The notes under the pieces: generated by a model | The model's database searches: none | What the model saw: the letters and a program-made list of their open reading frames with translations, nothing else | What the model was told of the DNA's origin: nothing | Translations under genes and position numbers: made by a program | Shown here: one piece after another, positions 32,594 to 41,473 of the stretch | How the letters are laid out: every line of letters starts with the position of its first letter | Numbering within the stretch: the first letter of the stretch is position 1 | DNA from: Cyanobium sp. | Lineage (GTDB): Bacteria > Cyanobacteriota > Cyanobacteriia > PCC-6307 > Cyanobiaceae | DNA length: 64,000 nt | NCBI GenBank assembly: GCA_014191755.1 | Contig: BJHE01000009.1 | Span: 16,854 to 80,853 of the forward strand | Direction: 5' to 3'

Positions 32594-32670
32594 GCGTGGG
32601 GCTGCTGCGTGGGGCTGCCGAGTCTGTGGAGCCGCCGAGTCCGTGGGGCCGCCGAGTCCGTGCGGCTACC
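32594..32670. repeat. Degenerate tandem repeat (2 x 13 bp + 3 x 17 bp)
   Basis: gcgtggggctgc(t/c) x2, then gagtctgtggagccgcc / gagtccgtggggccgcc / gagtccgtgcggctacc. Confidence 0.85.
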
Positions 32671-32706
32671 GAGAGTACAGAAGGGCACTGCTCGGAACGC
32701 GGCTCC

Positions 32707-33297
32707 CTAGGAGCGGCTGAACACCGGCTGCTGCTGGGCATCCGCCTTTTCCAGCTTCGGCCGCAGGCTGGCGAGATCCACGAACTGGTCGGCCGCATTG
32801 CGCAGTTCCCGCGCCACCATGCCCTCGGTGCTCACCAGCACCGTGCGCAGGCCCCGGGCCCGCAGCACCTCCACCAGACGCTCCAGATCCCGGCTGCCGC
32901 TCAACAACCACACTTCATCGGTGCGATCGGCCACGCTGAGCAGGTCGATGGCCACCTCCACATCGAGGTTGGCGCGGGTGAAGTGGCGCTGGGGTTCGCC
33001 GTCGCCTGCCCAGCCGCTTCCCCCACTGCCGCTCGGCAGTTCCCGCAGGGGCTTGGTGCGCACGGTGTAACCCAGGCCGGTGAGGGCATCGCGGAAGGGT
33101 CGCTGGTCGGTGGGATCCTTAAGGCCGGCGTACCAGAAGGCGCTGGCCAGCTCCACCCCCTCGCCAACTGCCGCCAAGGCGAGCAGGCGGCGGGGATCGA
33201 AGAACCAGCCCACCTTCTGCTGGGCATAGAACATGCTGTGGCCGTCTACGGCCAGCACCCTCGCCAGAACCCTGCCCATCCCGAATACCTTCCCCAT
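32707..33297 (-). CDS. labA: LabA-like NYN-domain protein
   Basis: MFYAQQKVGWFFDPRR, LKDPTDQRPFRDAL, GYTVRTK and VSTEGMVARELRNA match recalled cyanobacterial LabA/LalA; ortholog versus paralog not resolved. Confidence 0.7.
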   Translation of the reverse strand: MGKVFGMGRVLARVLAVDGHSMFYAQQKVGWFFDPRRLLALAAVGEGVELASAFWYAGLKDPTDQRPFRDALTGLGYTVRTKPLRELPSGSGGSGWAGDGEPQRHFTRANLDVEVAIDLLSVADRTDEVWLLSGSRDLERLVEVLRARGLRTVLVSTEGMVARELRNAADQFVDLASLRPKLEKADAQQQPVFSRS

Positions 33298-33352
33298 CTG
33301 GGCGAGAGCCTAGGGGGCATGAGATCTAAACTCCCCTCTCTGCGGATGAGCC

Positions 33353-34924
33353 ATGGCCTCCGGTGATCTGGCCCTGGTTCTCCACGCCCATCTTCCCTAT
33401 GTCCGCTCCGGGGAGCCTGGCTCCCTCGAGGAAGACTGGTACTTCCAGGCCCTGCAGGAGTGCTACCTGCCCCTGGTGCAGATGTTGGAGGCCGCCGCCG
33501 CCGACCCGACCGCGCAGCCCAGGCTCACTCTCGGGCTCTCCCCCACGCTGTTGGCGCTGCTGAGCGACACCGAGCTGAACCGGCGTTTCCTGCCCTGGCT
33601 TGAGCAGCGCCGCGAGCTGCTGGCCGAAGCAGATCCCCACTTCGCTGCTGCCGCCACCGATCTCGAGAGCCAGCTTCAGGCCGCAGCCGACCAGTTCCGC
33701 GCCTGCGGCGGCAACCTGCTGCCCCGTTTCAGGGCCCTTCAGCAGGCCGGCGTGCTCGATCTGATCAGCTGCGCCGCCACCCACGGCTACCTGCCCCTAC
33801 TGCGCGACACACCGGAGGCGGTGCATGCACAGCTGGTGACGGCCATACGGCAGCACCAGCGGCTGCTGGGGGAGCGGCCCCTCGGTATCTGGCTGCCGGA
33901 GTGCGCCTACTACGAGGGCCTCGACCGGTTGATGGCCCGCTGCGGCCTCCGCTACAGCCTGCTCGATGGCCATGGCCTACTCCATGCCCTGCCCAGACCC
34001 CGCTACGGCGTGTATGCACCGATCTGCTCCCCTGGGGGGGTGGCCTTCTTCGGCCGTGACAATGAATCCACCCTGCCGGTGTGGAGCGCCAGCCAGGGCT
34101 ATCCGGGCGATGGCGTGTACCGGGAATTCCACCGCGACCTGGGCTGGGATCTGCCCGAGGAGCGTCTGGAGGCGGCGGGCATCCGCAGCCACAGGCCCCT
34201 GGGCCTGAAGCTGCACCGGGTCACCGGCCAGACCTGCTCCCTCGATCAGAAACAGCCCTATGCCCCCCGGCGCGCGGCCGAACGGGTGGTCGAGCACGCC
34301 GCTGACTACCTTCAGGGCCGTGCGGCCCTGCTCGACAACCTGGCCGCCACGATCGATCGCCCCCCCCTCCTGGTGGCCCCCTTCGATGCGGAACTGTTCG
34401 GGCACTGGTGGTTCGAAGGGCCCCGCTTTCTGGCGGAACTCTTCCGGCAGGGACCCGCCGCGGGGGTGCGGTTCACCCACCTGCGTGAGGTTCTGGGCCG
34501 CGGCGAGGCCCTGCAGGTCTGCCGGCCCTCCCCCTCCAGCTGGGGGCAGGGGGGCTATCACAACTACTGGCTGAACGACACCAACGCTTGGGTGGTGGGC
34601 GAGTGGCAGCGGGCTTCGCGGGCGATGGTGGGGCGTGTGAACCGAGGGGTGGGCAGCGAAGTCCAGCGGCGCTGGCTCACCCAGGCCGGCCGGGAGCTGC
34701 TCCTGGCTCAGAGTTCCGACTGGAGCTTCATCCTGCGGGCCGGCACCACCACCGAGCTGGCCCGGGAGCGGATCAACCGCCACCTGGATCGCTTTTGGCG
34801 CCTGCTCGACGCCGTGGAGCGCGGCACCGCCCTGCCAGAAAGCTGGCTGCGGGCCGTGGAACGGGAGGACGGACTCTTCCCCGACCTGAACGCCGCCGAC
34901 TGGGCAACCCTGCCGGAGAACTGA
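33353..34924 (+). CDS. GH57-family glycoside hydrolase (branching-enzyme type)
   Basis: HAHLPYVR, ATHGYLP, WLPECAY, PFDAELFGHWWFEG, QSSDW. Confidence 0.92.
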   Translation: MASGDLALVLHAHLPYVRSGEPGSLEEDWYFQALQECYLPLVQMLEAAAADPTAQPRLTLGLSPTLLALLSDTELNRRFLPWLEQRRELLAEADPHFAAAATDLESQLQAAADQFRACGGNLLPRFRALQQAGVLDLISCAATHGYLPLLRDTPEAVHAQLVTAIRQHQRLLGERPLGIWLPECAYYEGLDRLMARCGLRYSLLDGHGLLHALPRPRYGVYAPICSPGGVAFFGRDNESTLPVWSASQGYPGDGVYREFHRDLGWDLPEERLEAAGIRSHRPLGLKLHRVTGQTCSLDQKQPYAPRRAAERVVEHAADYLQGRAALLDNLAATIDRPPLLVAPFDAELFGHWWFEGPRFLAELFRQGPAAGVRFTHLREVLGRGEALQVCRPSPSSWGQGGYHNYWLNDTNAWVVGEWQRASRAMVGRVNRGVGSEVQRRWLTQAGRELLLAQSSDWSFILRAGTTTELARERINRHLDRFWRLLDAVERGTALPESWLRAVEREDGLFPDLNAADWATLPEN

Positions 34925-35059
34925 GACCGCGGCCCCTCAGCGATCGATTCGCTGCTAAAGCAGCGGGATAGGGCCGTTTCCCACGCCGGAAAGCCGCCCC
35001 GCCGATCGAGGCAAGCTCGTTAATGTGTCGCTCACGACTGAATTCTTGGCCCGCTGCCG

Positions 35060-35749
35060 ATGAGTCCATCTCTGGTCACCCAGTCCTCGCTGTTTGGCAT
35101 CGGCATCGCCTTCAGCCCCCTGCACATCGGCGTGGTGACGCTGCTGCTACTGGGCAAGGAACCCCTGCGCCGGTCGTTTGCCTACGTGTTGGGCTGGAGC
35201 CTGGCGAACCTGCTGGCGGTGCTGCTGCTGTTGCTGCTGGGGGGCTCCTTAGCCCTCACCCCCCAACACGGCCACCGCGACCAGGTGCTGATCGACCTGA
35301 TCGGCGCCGGTGGGCTACTTGCCCTGGGCCTCTACCAACTGACGCCTCAGGCCCTGATCGGCGAGGAGGGCATGGCCTTGCGCCTGATGAACAAGCTGCC
35401 GGAGATGGCCACCTGGCTGCTGGTTCTGGTGGGCGCCGCCGGTGCTCTGCTCACCCCGGAAAACCTGGTCTTTTATCTCAAAGAGGCCGGCCTCCTGCTG
35501 ATCAATCATCCGGGCCTAAAGGCCGATGTGGAGGTGAGTGGCCTGTTCGTGCTCGCGGCGAGCTCCCTGCTACTGCTGCCACCCCTGGCCTGGATCGTGA
35601 GCTCCGGCTCGATCCGAGGGCCGATCGCTGCCCTGGAGGAGTGGCTCCAGCACAAGGCCGAGTGGCTGGTGGGAGTGCTGGCCCTGGTGTTCGCTGCCTA
35701 CCTCTTTTATGAGGGGCTGCATGGGCTAGAAGTGATGGCTATACCCTGA
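35060..35749 (+). CDS. GAP/Sap-family membrane protein (paralog 2)
   Basis: GIAFSPLHI...LLLGKEPLRR; same topology as 17855-18565. Confidence 0.65.
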   Translation: MSPSLVTQSSLFGIGIAFSPLHIGVVTLLLLGKEPLRRSFAYVLGWSLANLLAVLLLLLLGGSLALTPQHGHRDQVLIDLIGAGGLLALGLYQLTPQALIGEEGMALRLMNKLPEMATWLLVLVGAAGALLTPENLVFYLKEAGLLLINHPGLKADVEVSGLFVLAASSLLLLPPLAWIVSSGSIRGPIAALEEWLQHKAEWLVGVLALVFAAYLFYEGLHGLEVMAIP

Positions 35750-35826
35750 ACCAACCATTTAATTTTGCCAAATTTGAAGAAACAGAATTTTGTACATTGC
35801 TCTGGCAATCGAATACCATTATAGGA

Positions 35827-36729
35827 TTAAATACTTCGAAAAACATTAATCAGCTTTGTCATGCATTTCTCGGGGTAATAAAGAGGAGAAGCACGAGCAA
35901 GTTCCAACTTGTAGCGCAAAGAACTGGCGCCTGAATTGGCTTTTCGCCAACATTCCATTCGATAGGCTAGCCTTGACTGGGCTTCAAGTTTCCTTAGCCG
36001 AGCCCAATCAGGGACAACAGACGATACTTTTTTGTAGATTGTTGCATGATCGTCGCTGGTTTTGCCAACGACATCCAATCCCAACATGGCGCAGAATTCG
36101 TCAAATGTTCTGATGAAATGAAACGTGCATGGCAGATGGCACTGGATAAGTGGATAGAAGCAATTATAGATCACCAAAGTTCCACCCAATTTCACCTTTG
36201 CAATCATATCGGCAAGCAACAGCAAAGGATCATGAACATGCTCAAGCACATCCGTGCAAGTCAATGCATCATAGGATTCGTCTTGAGGTGAAGAAATGAA
36301 CTGGATATTGGGAATTGACTTGCACACTTCGATGCCATGACGAGGCGGGAACGGATCCCAGATGTCAATTCGTGATTCAGGCATTAACTCAGTGATCAAT
36401 CTGGCAAGAGTACCAAATCCGCCTCCAAAATCAAGAATGGTTTTCGATTCTGTTAGCCTCAATGCTTCGGCGATTGCAACACGATTTGCGCGAGATTCAC
36501 GATGCTGCTCCACGAAGATACCGTTGAGCAACCAAATAGGATGACTGTAAAATTGAGCGTATTTCTTTTCATCATAGCAACTGGATTCACAACCATAAGA
36601 AAACCATATTTCATCCATCATACGGTAAAGGTCGTTCAGGGACATATCATGTCCTACTTGGGCAAGCAAGCTTTCCAAAGCTTCTCGCTCATCAATTGAA
36701 AGCCAATAGTTATCGAGTGAAATCATCAT
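35827..36729 (-). CDS. Class I SAM-dependent methyltransferase, low GC
   Basis: Motif I ILDFGGGFG and YDALTCTDVLEHVHDP; GC about 32-43% in sampled lines. Confidence 0.88.
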   Translation of the reverse strand: MMISLDNYWLSIDEREALESLLAQVGHDMSLNDLYRMMDEIWFSYGCESSCYDEKKYAQFYSHPIWLLNGIFVEQHRESRANRVAIAEALRLTESKTILDFGGGFGTLARLITELMPESRIDIWDPFPPRHGIEVCKSIPNIQFISSPQDESYDALTCTDVLEHVHDPLLLLADMIAKVKLGGTLVIYNCFYPLIQCHLPCTFHFIRTFDEFCAMLGLDVVGKTSDDHATIYKKVSSVVPDWARLRKLEAQSRLAYRMECWRKANSGASSLRYKLELARASPLYYPEKCMTKLINVFRSI

Positions 36730-36759
36730 ACGGGCATCAGCCTCAATAGTTTACAGCAA

Positions 36760-37542
36760 TCAGAGAATCTGATCCAGAAAACGCCGCGAACGCTCCTGGC
36801 TGGGATTGGTGAAGAAGGCCTCCGGTTCGGCGACCTCCACAACTTCACCCTCGGCCATCAGCACCACCCGGTGCGCCACCTGGCGGGCGAATTTCACCTC
36901 GTGGGTCACCACCACCATGGTGATGGCATCGGCGGCGAGGTTCTGCATCACCTCCAGCACCTCGCGCACCATCTCGGGATCGAGGGAGCTGGTGGGCTCA
37001 TCGAATAGCAGGATGCGGGGCTCCATGCACAGGGCCCGGGCAATCGCCACCCTCTGCTGCTGGCCCCCCGAGAGCTGGCCGGGGTATTTGTCGGCCTGCT
37101 CGGCGATCCCCACGCGCTGCAGCAGGGCGAGGGCCTGCTCGCGCACCTCCGCCTTGGAACGCTTGCGCACCAGCACCGGCGCCAGGCAGACGTTGTCGAG
37201 CACGGTGAGGTGCGGGAAGAGATTGAACTGCTGGAACACCATGCCCACCTCACGGCGGATCGCATCGATGTGGCGCAGGTCATCGCTGAGGGTGATGCCA
37301 TCCACGGTGATGCTGCCCTTCTGGAAATCCTCTAGGGCATTGAAAGTGCGGATGAAGGTGCTCTTGCCGGAGCCGGAGGGACCCATGATCACCACCACCT
37401 CGCCGCGGTTCACGGTGAGATCGCAGCCACGCAGGGCGTGGTAGCCGTTGGGGTACCACTTCTGGACCCCACGGGCGTCGATCATCACGTCGCTGGGCGG
37501 AGTGGCGCTGCTGCTCAGGATTGAGGGGCTTGGCTGACTCAT
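36760..37542 (-). CDS. Polar amino-acid ABC transporter ATPase
   Basis: GPSGSGKST, LSGGQQQ, LFDEPTS, VTHE. Confidence 0.95.
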   Translation of the reverse strand: MSQPSPSILSSSATPPSDVMIDARGVQKWYPNGYHALRGCDLTVNRGEVVVIMGPSGSGKSTFIRTFNALEDFQKGSITVDGITLSDDLRHIDAIRREVGMVFQQFNLFPHLTVLDNVCLAPVLVRKRSKAEVREQALALLQRVGIAEQADKYPGQLSGGQQQRVAIARALCMEPRILLFDEPTSSLDPEMVREVLEVMQNLAADAITMVVVTHEVKFARQVAHRVVLMAEGEVVEVAEPEAFFTNPSQERSRRFLDQIL

Positions 37543-37608
37543 GGTGGGGCTGCGCTAGCGCGGCTGAGGAGCGGAGGGGCTGCTGGACGGACTGATTGGG
37601 GAACAGGA

Positions 37609-38820
37609 TTAGCCAGATCGGGCGATCGCCGCCGGATCAAGGCGCCGTTCCAGGGCCCGGCTGCCCAGGCCGAGGGCGGCGCAGCAGCACCAGAACAGCA
37701 CCGCCAGGGTGAAATACACCTCGGCATTGCGGCCCAGGAAGGCCGGGTTGGCCATCACCGTGCGGGCGGTACCAAGAAGTTCCATCAGGCCGATCAGCGA
37801 TAGCAGGGTGGTGTCCTGAAGGAGGGAGATGAACTGGCCCACCATGCTCGGCAGCGCCACCCGCATGGCCTGGGGCAGCACCACGCTGGCGAAGGCCTGG
37901 GGCATCGACATGCCAAGGGAGCGGGCCGCCTCCAGCTGGCCCCGGGGCACCGCCGCCAGACCGGAGCGCACCGCTTCAGCCAGGTAGGCCGCGGCGAACA
38001 GGGTGAGCACCCAGGCTGCCCGCCAGACCCGCTCGGGGGCCAGGCCCCCCGGCAGCAGGAAGCCGAGCATGTTCTGGCCGAGGAACAGCAGGGTGATCAG
38101 CGGGGCGCCGCGGATGAATTCGATGTAGAGCACTGAGCCCCAGCGCAGCAGGGGCAGTTCACTGCGGCGTCCGAGGGCCAGCAGCACCCCCAGCGGGAAA
38201 CAAAGCAGAATTGCGAAACTCGATTGGAGCAGGGTGAGCAGCAGGCCGCCCCATTCGGACGGGGAGACAGACGCCAGGCCAAGGCCACCGCCGATCAGCA
38301 CCATGCCAATCAGGTAGAGGAGAGGAAGCCCGAGCGGCAGCAGACGCTTGAAAGGCCCGGGCAGTAGGGGGCCGAAGCGGCCCGCCAACCAGCGCAGCAG
38401 CACCAACACGGCCGTGATGGCCAGCCAGCGAAGCTGAACCGAAGGGCTGAGGCCCAGCATCCAGGGCAGCAGCAGGCTGAGCGCCACCAGCAGACCCACC
38501 GCGATCCGGTCATTGCGGGGCCAGAGGGTGCCGCCGCGGTCGGGCCGGGGGTGGGAACGCAGCATCCCCCAGGTGATGCCGGTGGCCGCCGCCAGCAGGG
38601 CGGTGAGCAGCCAGAGGCGCCACTGCTGATCAATCGGATAGCGCCCCACGGCAAACAGGGTGCTGTTGGCCTGGATCACGGCCCAGCGAGCCTGGCTGAA
38701 GGCCCAGCGCAGGAAGGAGGAGGCGCCGGCGCCGATCACGCCCAGCAACGCCAGGGTGATCAGCCCGTCGGCGGGGGTGGCGAAGAGGTCGTGGCGGAGC
38801 CGCCGCAGCAAGGGATTCAT
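37609..38820 (-). CDS. Amino-acid ABC permease (AapM/BztC-like)
   Basis: YIEFIRGAPL, AYLAEAVRSG, GQLEAARSLG. Confidence 0.9.
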   Translation of the reverse strand: MNPLLRRLRHDLFATPADGLITLALLGVIGAGASSFLRWAFSQARWAVIQANSTLFAVGRYPIDQQWRLWLLTALLAAATGITWGMLRSHPRPDRGGTLWPRNDRIAVGLLVALSLLLPWMLGLSPSVQLRWLAITAVLVLLRWLAGRFGPLLPGPFKRLLPLGLPLLYLIGMVLIGGGLGLASVSPSEWGGLLLTLLQSSFAILLCFPLGVLLALGRRSELPLLRWGSVLYIEFIRGAPLITLLFLGQNMLGFLLPGGLAPERVWRAAWVLTLFAAAYLAEAVRSGLAAVPRGQLEAARSLGMSMPQAFASVVLPQAMRVALPSMVGQFISLLQDTTLLSLIGLMELLGTARTVMANPAFLGRNAEVYFTLAVLFWCCCAALGLGSRALERRLDPAAIARSG

Positions 38821-38821
38821 C

Positions 38822-39844
38822 TCAGCGCTCCCGGATCTGCACCAGTCGGTTGAGGCCATTCATCAGCAGCGAGATGAACAGGTCGAGGGCCAGGTAGGTG
38901 CCGAGCAGAACCAGCACCACCTCCACGGCCCGGCCGGTTTGGTTGAGGGTGGTTTCGGCCACCGAATAGAGGTCGGAGAAGCCCACCGCCACCGCCAGAG
39001 AGGAGTTCTTGGCCAGGGAGATGTACTGGGTATTGAGACCCGGCACGATCACTCGCAAGGCCTGGGGCAGCACCACCTGGCGAAGGGTCTGGATCCAGCT
39101 CAGCCCCAGAGAGGAGGCCGCTTCCCACTGGCCCTTCGGCACGGCGGCGATGCCGCCGCGCACCACCTCGGCGATGAAGGCCGAGGAATAGGCGATGAGG
39201 CCGGTGAGCAGGGCTCCGAACTCGACGGACCAGCGCAGCGGCGCCTGCCAGACGCCATTGACCAGATGGGGGCCCATCCAGCGCAGCCCCTCAGCGAAGC
39301 CGGCGATGTAGAGGCCCGACTTAGCCAATACCACCCCCGGCAGCTGGATGGCGGCGGTGCCATTGGGCAGGGAGAGAAACACCACGAAGTACCAGAACAC
39401 CAGCTGCAGCAGCAGGGGGATGTTGCGCACCACCTCCACGTAGACGCGGGTGAGATTGCGTAGCAGGACGTTGCCGCTGAAGGAAGCCATCCCCAGCAGG
39501 GTGCCCAACAGGGTGGCCCCCAGCAGGCCCGTGACCACCACCCGCAGCGTGTTGACCAGCCCGGCCAGCAAACCCCGCCAGTAAGGATCACTGGCTTGGA
39601 AGGGAAGGATGGTTTCGGCGATGTCGAAGCCGGCGGGCTGGCTCAGCCATCCCCAGCTCAGCAGCAGGCCGGCGGCGGTGAGGTTGCGGATCAGGTTGCT
39701 CAGCAGGAAGGCCACCAGCACCAACACCGTGAGGCCCACCGCACCCTGCACCAACCAGGGAATGACGCGGCGGTTGCGCCACCAAGGCACCGGCGCCCCT
39801 GCCCCGAGAACGGAGCGCGGCAGCGAGGAACGGGTCACGCCCAT
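38822..39844 (-). CDS. Amino-acid ABC permease (AapQ/BztB-like)
   Basis: RNIPLLLQL, AFIAEVVRGG, GQWEAASSLG; ATG at 39844 overlaps the upstream TGA. Confidence 0.9.
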   Translation of the reverse strand: MGVTRSSLPRSVLGAGAPVPWWRNRRVIPWLVQGAVGLTVLVLVAFLLSNLIRNLTAAGLLLSWGWLSQPAGFDIAETILPFQASDPYWRGLLAGLVNTLRVVVTGLLGATLLGTLLGMASFSGNVLLRNLTRVYVEVVRNIPLLLQLVFWYFVVFLSLPNGTAAIQLPGVVLAKSGLYIAGFAEGLRWMGPHLVNGVWQAPLRWSVEFGALLTGLIAYSSAFIAEVVRGGIAAVPKGQWEAASSLGLSWIQTLRQVVLPQALRVIVPGLNTQYISLAKNSSLAVAVGFSDLYSVAETTLNQTGRAVEVVLVLLGTYLALDLFISLLMNGLNRLVQIRER

Positions 39845-40935
39845 CAGCGGAACGGCGGCGAGTAGATCAAACCGCCTTCCTTCCACTGCTTGTTCACGCC
39901 GCGATCAAGCTTGAGACGGGAGCCGGGACCCACGTTGCGATCGAAAATCTCGCCGTAGTTGCCCACGGCGCCGATGATCTTGGGCACGAAGTCGGCCGGC
40001 AGACCCAGCTGCTTGCCGAATTCACCCTCCACGCCGAGGAAGCGGCGCAGGTCGGCCTGGTTGGCATTGGCCCTGGCTTCGGCCACCTTGGCGGCGATGT
40101 TGGCCTTGCTGATACCCAGCTCCTCCGCTTGGAAGAGGGTGTTCACGGTCCAGCGAACGGCATCGGCCCACACCGGGTCGGCATTCACGGTGGCCGGGGT
40201 GAGCGGCTCCTTGCTCATCACATCCGGCAAAAGAGTGTGGGCATCGGGGCTAGGGAAGCTGCTGCGCTTGCCCGCCAGCTGGGAGCGGTCGCTGGTGACC
40301 GCCACACAGCGGCCCTGCAGGTAAGCGGCATAGGTCTGGTCGCCGGTCTGGAACTTCAGGGGGGTGTAAGGGATGCTCCGCTCGCGCATCCGATCGGCCA
40401 GGTTGAGCTCGGTGGTGGTGCCGCTCTCGACGCAGATCGGTTTGCCGGCCAGATCCTTGAGGGTCTTGATGCCGCTGGCGTTGGGCACCATCACGCCCTG
40501 GCCGTCATAAAAAGTGGGGGGAGCGAAGCTCAGGCCATTGCCGCCGGCCGCATCGCGGCTGAGGGTCATGGTGGTGTTGCGCGAGAGCAGGTCCACCTCG
40601 CCGCTGGCCAGGGCCGCGAAACGTTCGCTGGAATTGAGGTTGCGGTACTCCACCTTGCCCGGATCGCCGAACAGGGCGGCGGCCATGGCCTTGCACACAT
40701 CCACATCGAGGCCGCTGTAGCTGCCGTCAGGTCCCACGAAGCTAAAGCCCGGCAGGGAACCATCCACTCCGCAGATCAGCTTGCCCCGGGCCTTGATGGT
40801 GGCCATCTTGGTGCTCTGCACGCCGCCGCCCCCCTCGGAAGCGCAGCTCGCCAGCAGGAAGGGGAGGATCAGCAGGGGAGCGGCCCTTCGGGCCGCAGCA
40901 GCAGCCTGGAGGAGGGAAACGGTCTGACGGCGCAT
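39844..40935 (-). CDS. Amino-acid ABC substrate-binding lipoprotein (AapJ/BztA-like)
   Basis: Lipobox LASC; GLDVDVCKA, RNTT, YDGQG, SKEPL, VGNYGEIF. Confidence 0.92.
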   Translation of the reverse strand: MRRQTVSLLQAAAAARRAAPLLILPFLLASCASEGGGGVQSTKMATIKARGKLICGVDGSLPGFSFVGPDGSYSGLDVDVCKAMAAALFGDPGKVEYRNLNSSERFAALASGEVDLLSRNTTMTLSRDAAGGNGLSFAPPTFYDGQGVMVPNASGIKTLKDLAGKPICVESGTTTELNLADRMRERSIPYTPLKFQTGDQTYAAYLQGRCVAVTSDRSQLAGKRSSFPSPDAHTLLPDVMSKEPLTPATVNADPVWADAVRWTVNTLFQAEELGISKANIAAKVAEARANANQADLRRFLGVEGEFGKQLGLPADFVPKIIGAVGNYGEIFDRNVGPGSRLKLDRGVNKQWKEGGLIYSPPFR

Positions 40936-41062
40936 GCCGAATTATCGCAATCGCCCCGGATCTTCTCATGGGTGGCAAGGCGGCGCCGACCAGCGTGCCC
41001 TGTTCTGGACCTGGAGGGCGCCGGCAGCTCCCCCGCGGGCCCAGACCTGGGGTCCGAGCCCG

Positions 41063-41464
41063 TCAACCCGGCAGAATCACCCGATCGATCACGTGAACCA
41101 CGCCGTTGTCGCAGACGATATCGGCGGAAATCACGGTGGCGTTCTTCACCTCGAAGGGTTCGGCCCGCCGGATCGGCACCGGGGCTCCTTCCAAGCTCGT
41201 CCATTCCGGCTGGTCGATCAGCTGCTCGCGCTTGTAGGCACCGGAGAGCACGTGAAACTTGAGGATGCGCGCTAACTGGGGCACATTGTCCACCAGGGTC
41301 TGAACCGTTCCGGGTGGCAGGGCCGCGAAGGCATCGTCCACCGGGGCGAACACCGTGAAGGGGCCGGAACTCTCCAGGGCGGACGTGAGACCAGCCACCT
41401 CCACGGCAGTGAGCAGGGTGGAGAAGCAGCCCGCACCCTTGGCGGTTTCAATGATGTTGGCCAT
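41063..41464 (-). CDS. cupS: Fasciclin-domain protein CupS
   Basis: FAS1 motifs FTVFAPVDDAF and NGVVHVIDRVI; last gene of the ndhF3-D3-cupA operon. Confidence 0.85.
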   Translation of the reverse strand: MANIIETAKGAGCFSTLLTAVEVAGLTSALESSGPFTVFAPVDDAFAALPPGTVQTLVDNVPQLARILKFHVLSGAYKREQLIDQPEWTSLEGAPVPIRRAEPFEVKNATVISADIVCDNGVVHVIDRVILPG

Positions 41465-41473
41465 GGGTAATTC

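Noticed and set aside
32452-32706. Leucine attenuator peptide, or a CRISPR array at the 17-bp repeats
   Set aside because: No Leu-rich mini-ORF on the leuA strand; the repeats are contiguous with no spacers and there are no cas genes.
35749-35827. Integron attC site beside the low-GC methyltransferase
   Set aside because: Only short AT-rich hairpins; no paired RYYYAAC/GTTRRRY boxes and no integrase.
40936-41062. NtcA box upstream of the amino-acid ABC operon
   Set aside because: No GTA-N8-TAC found by eye.
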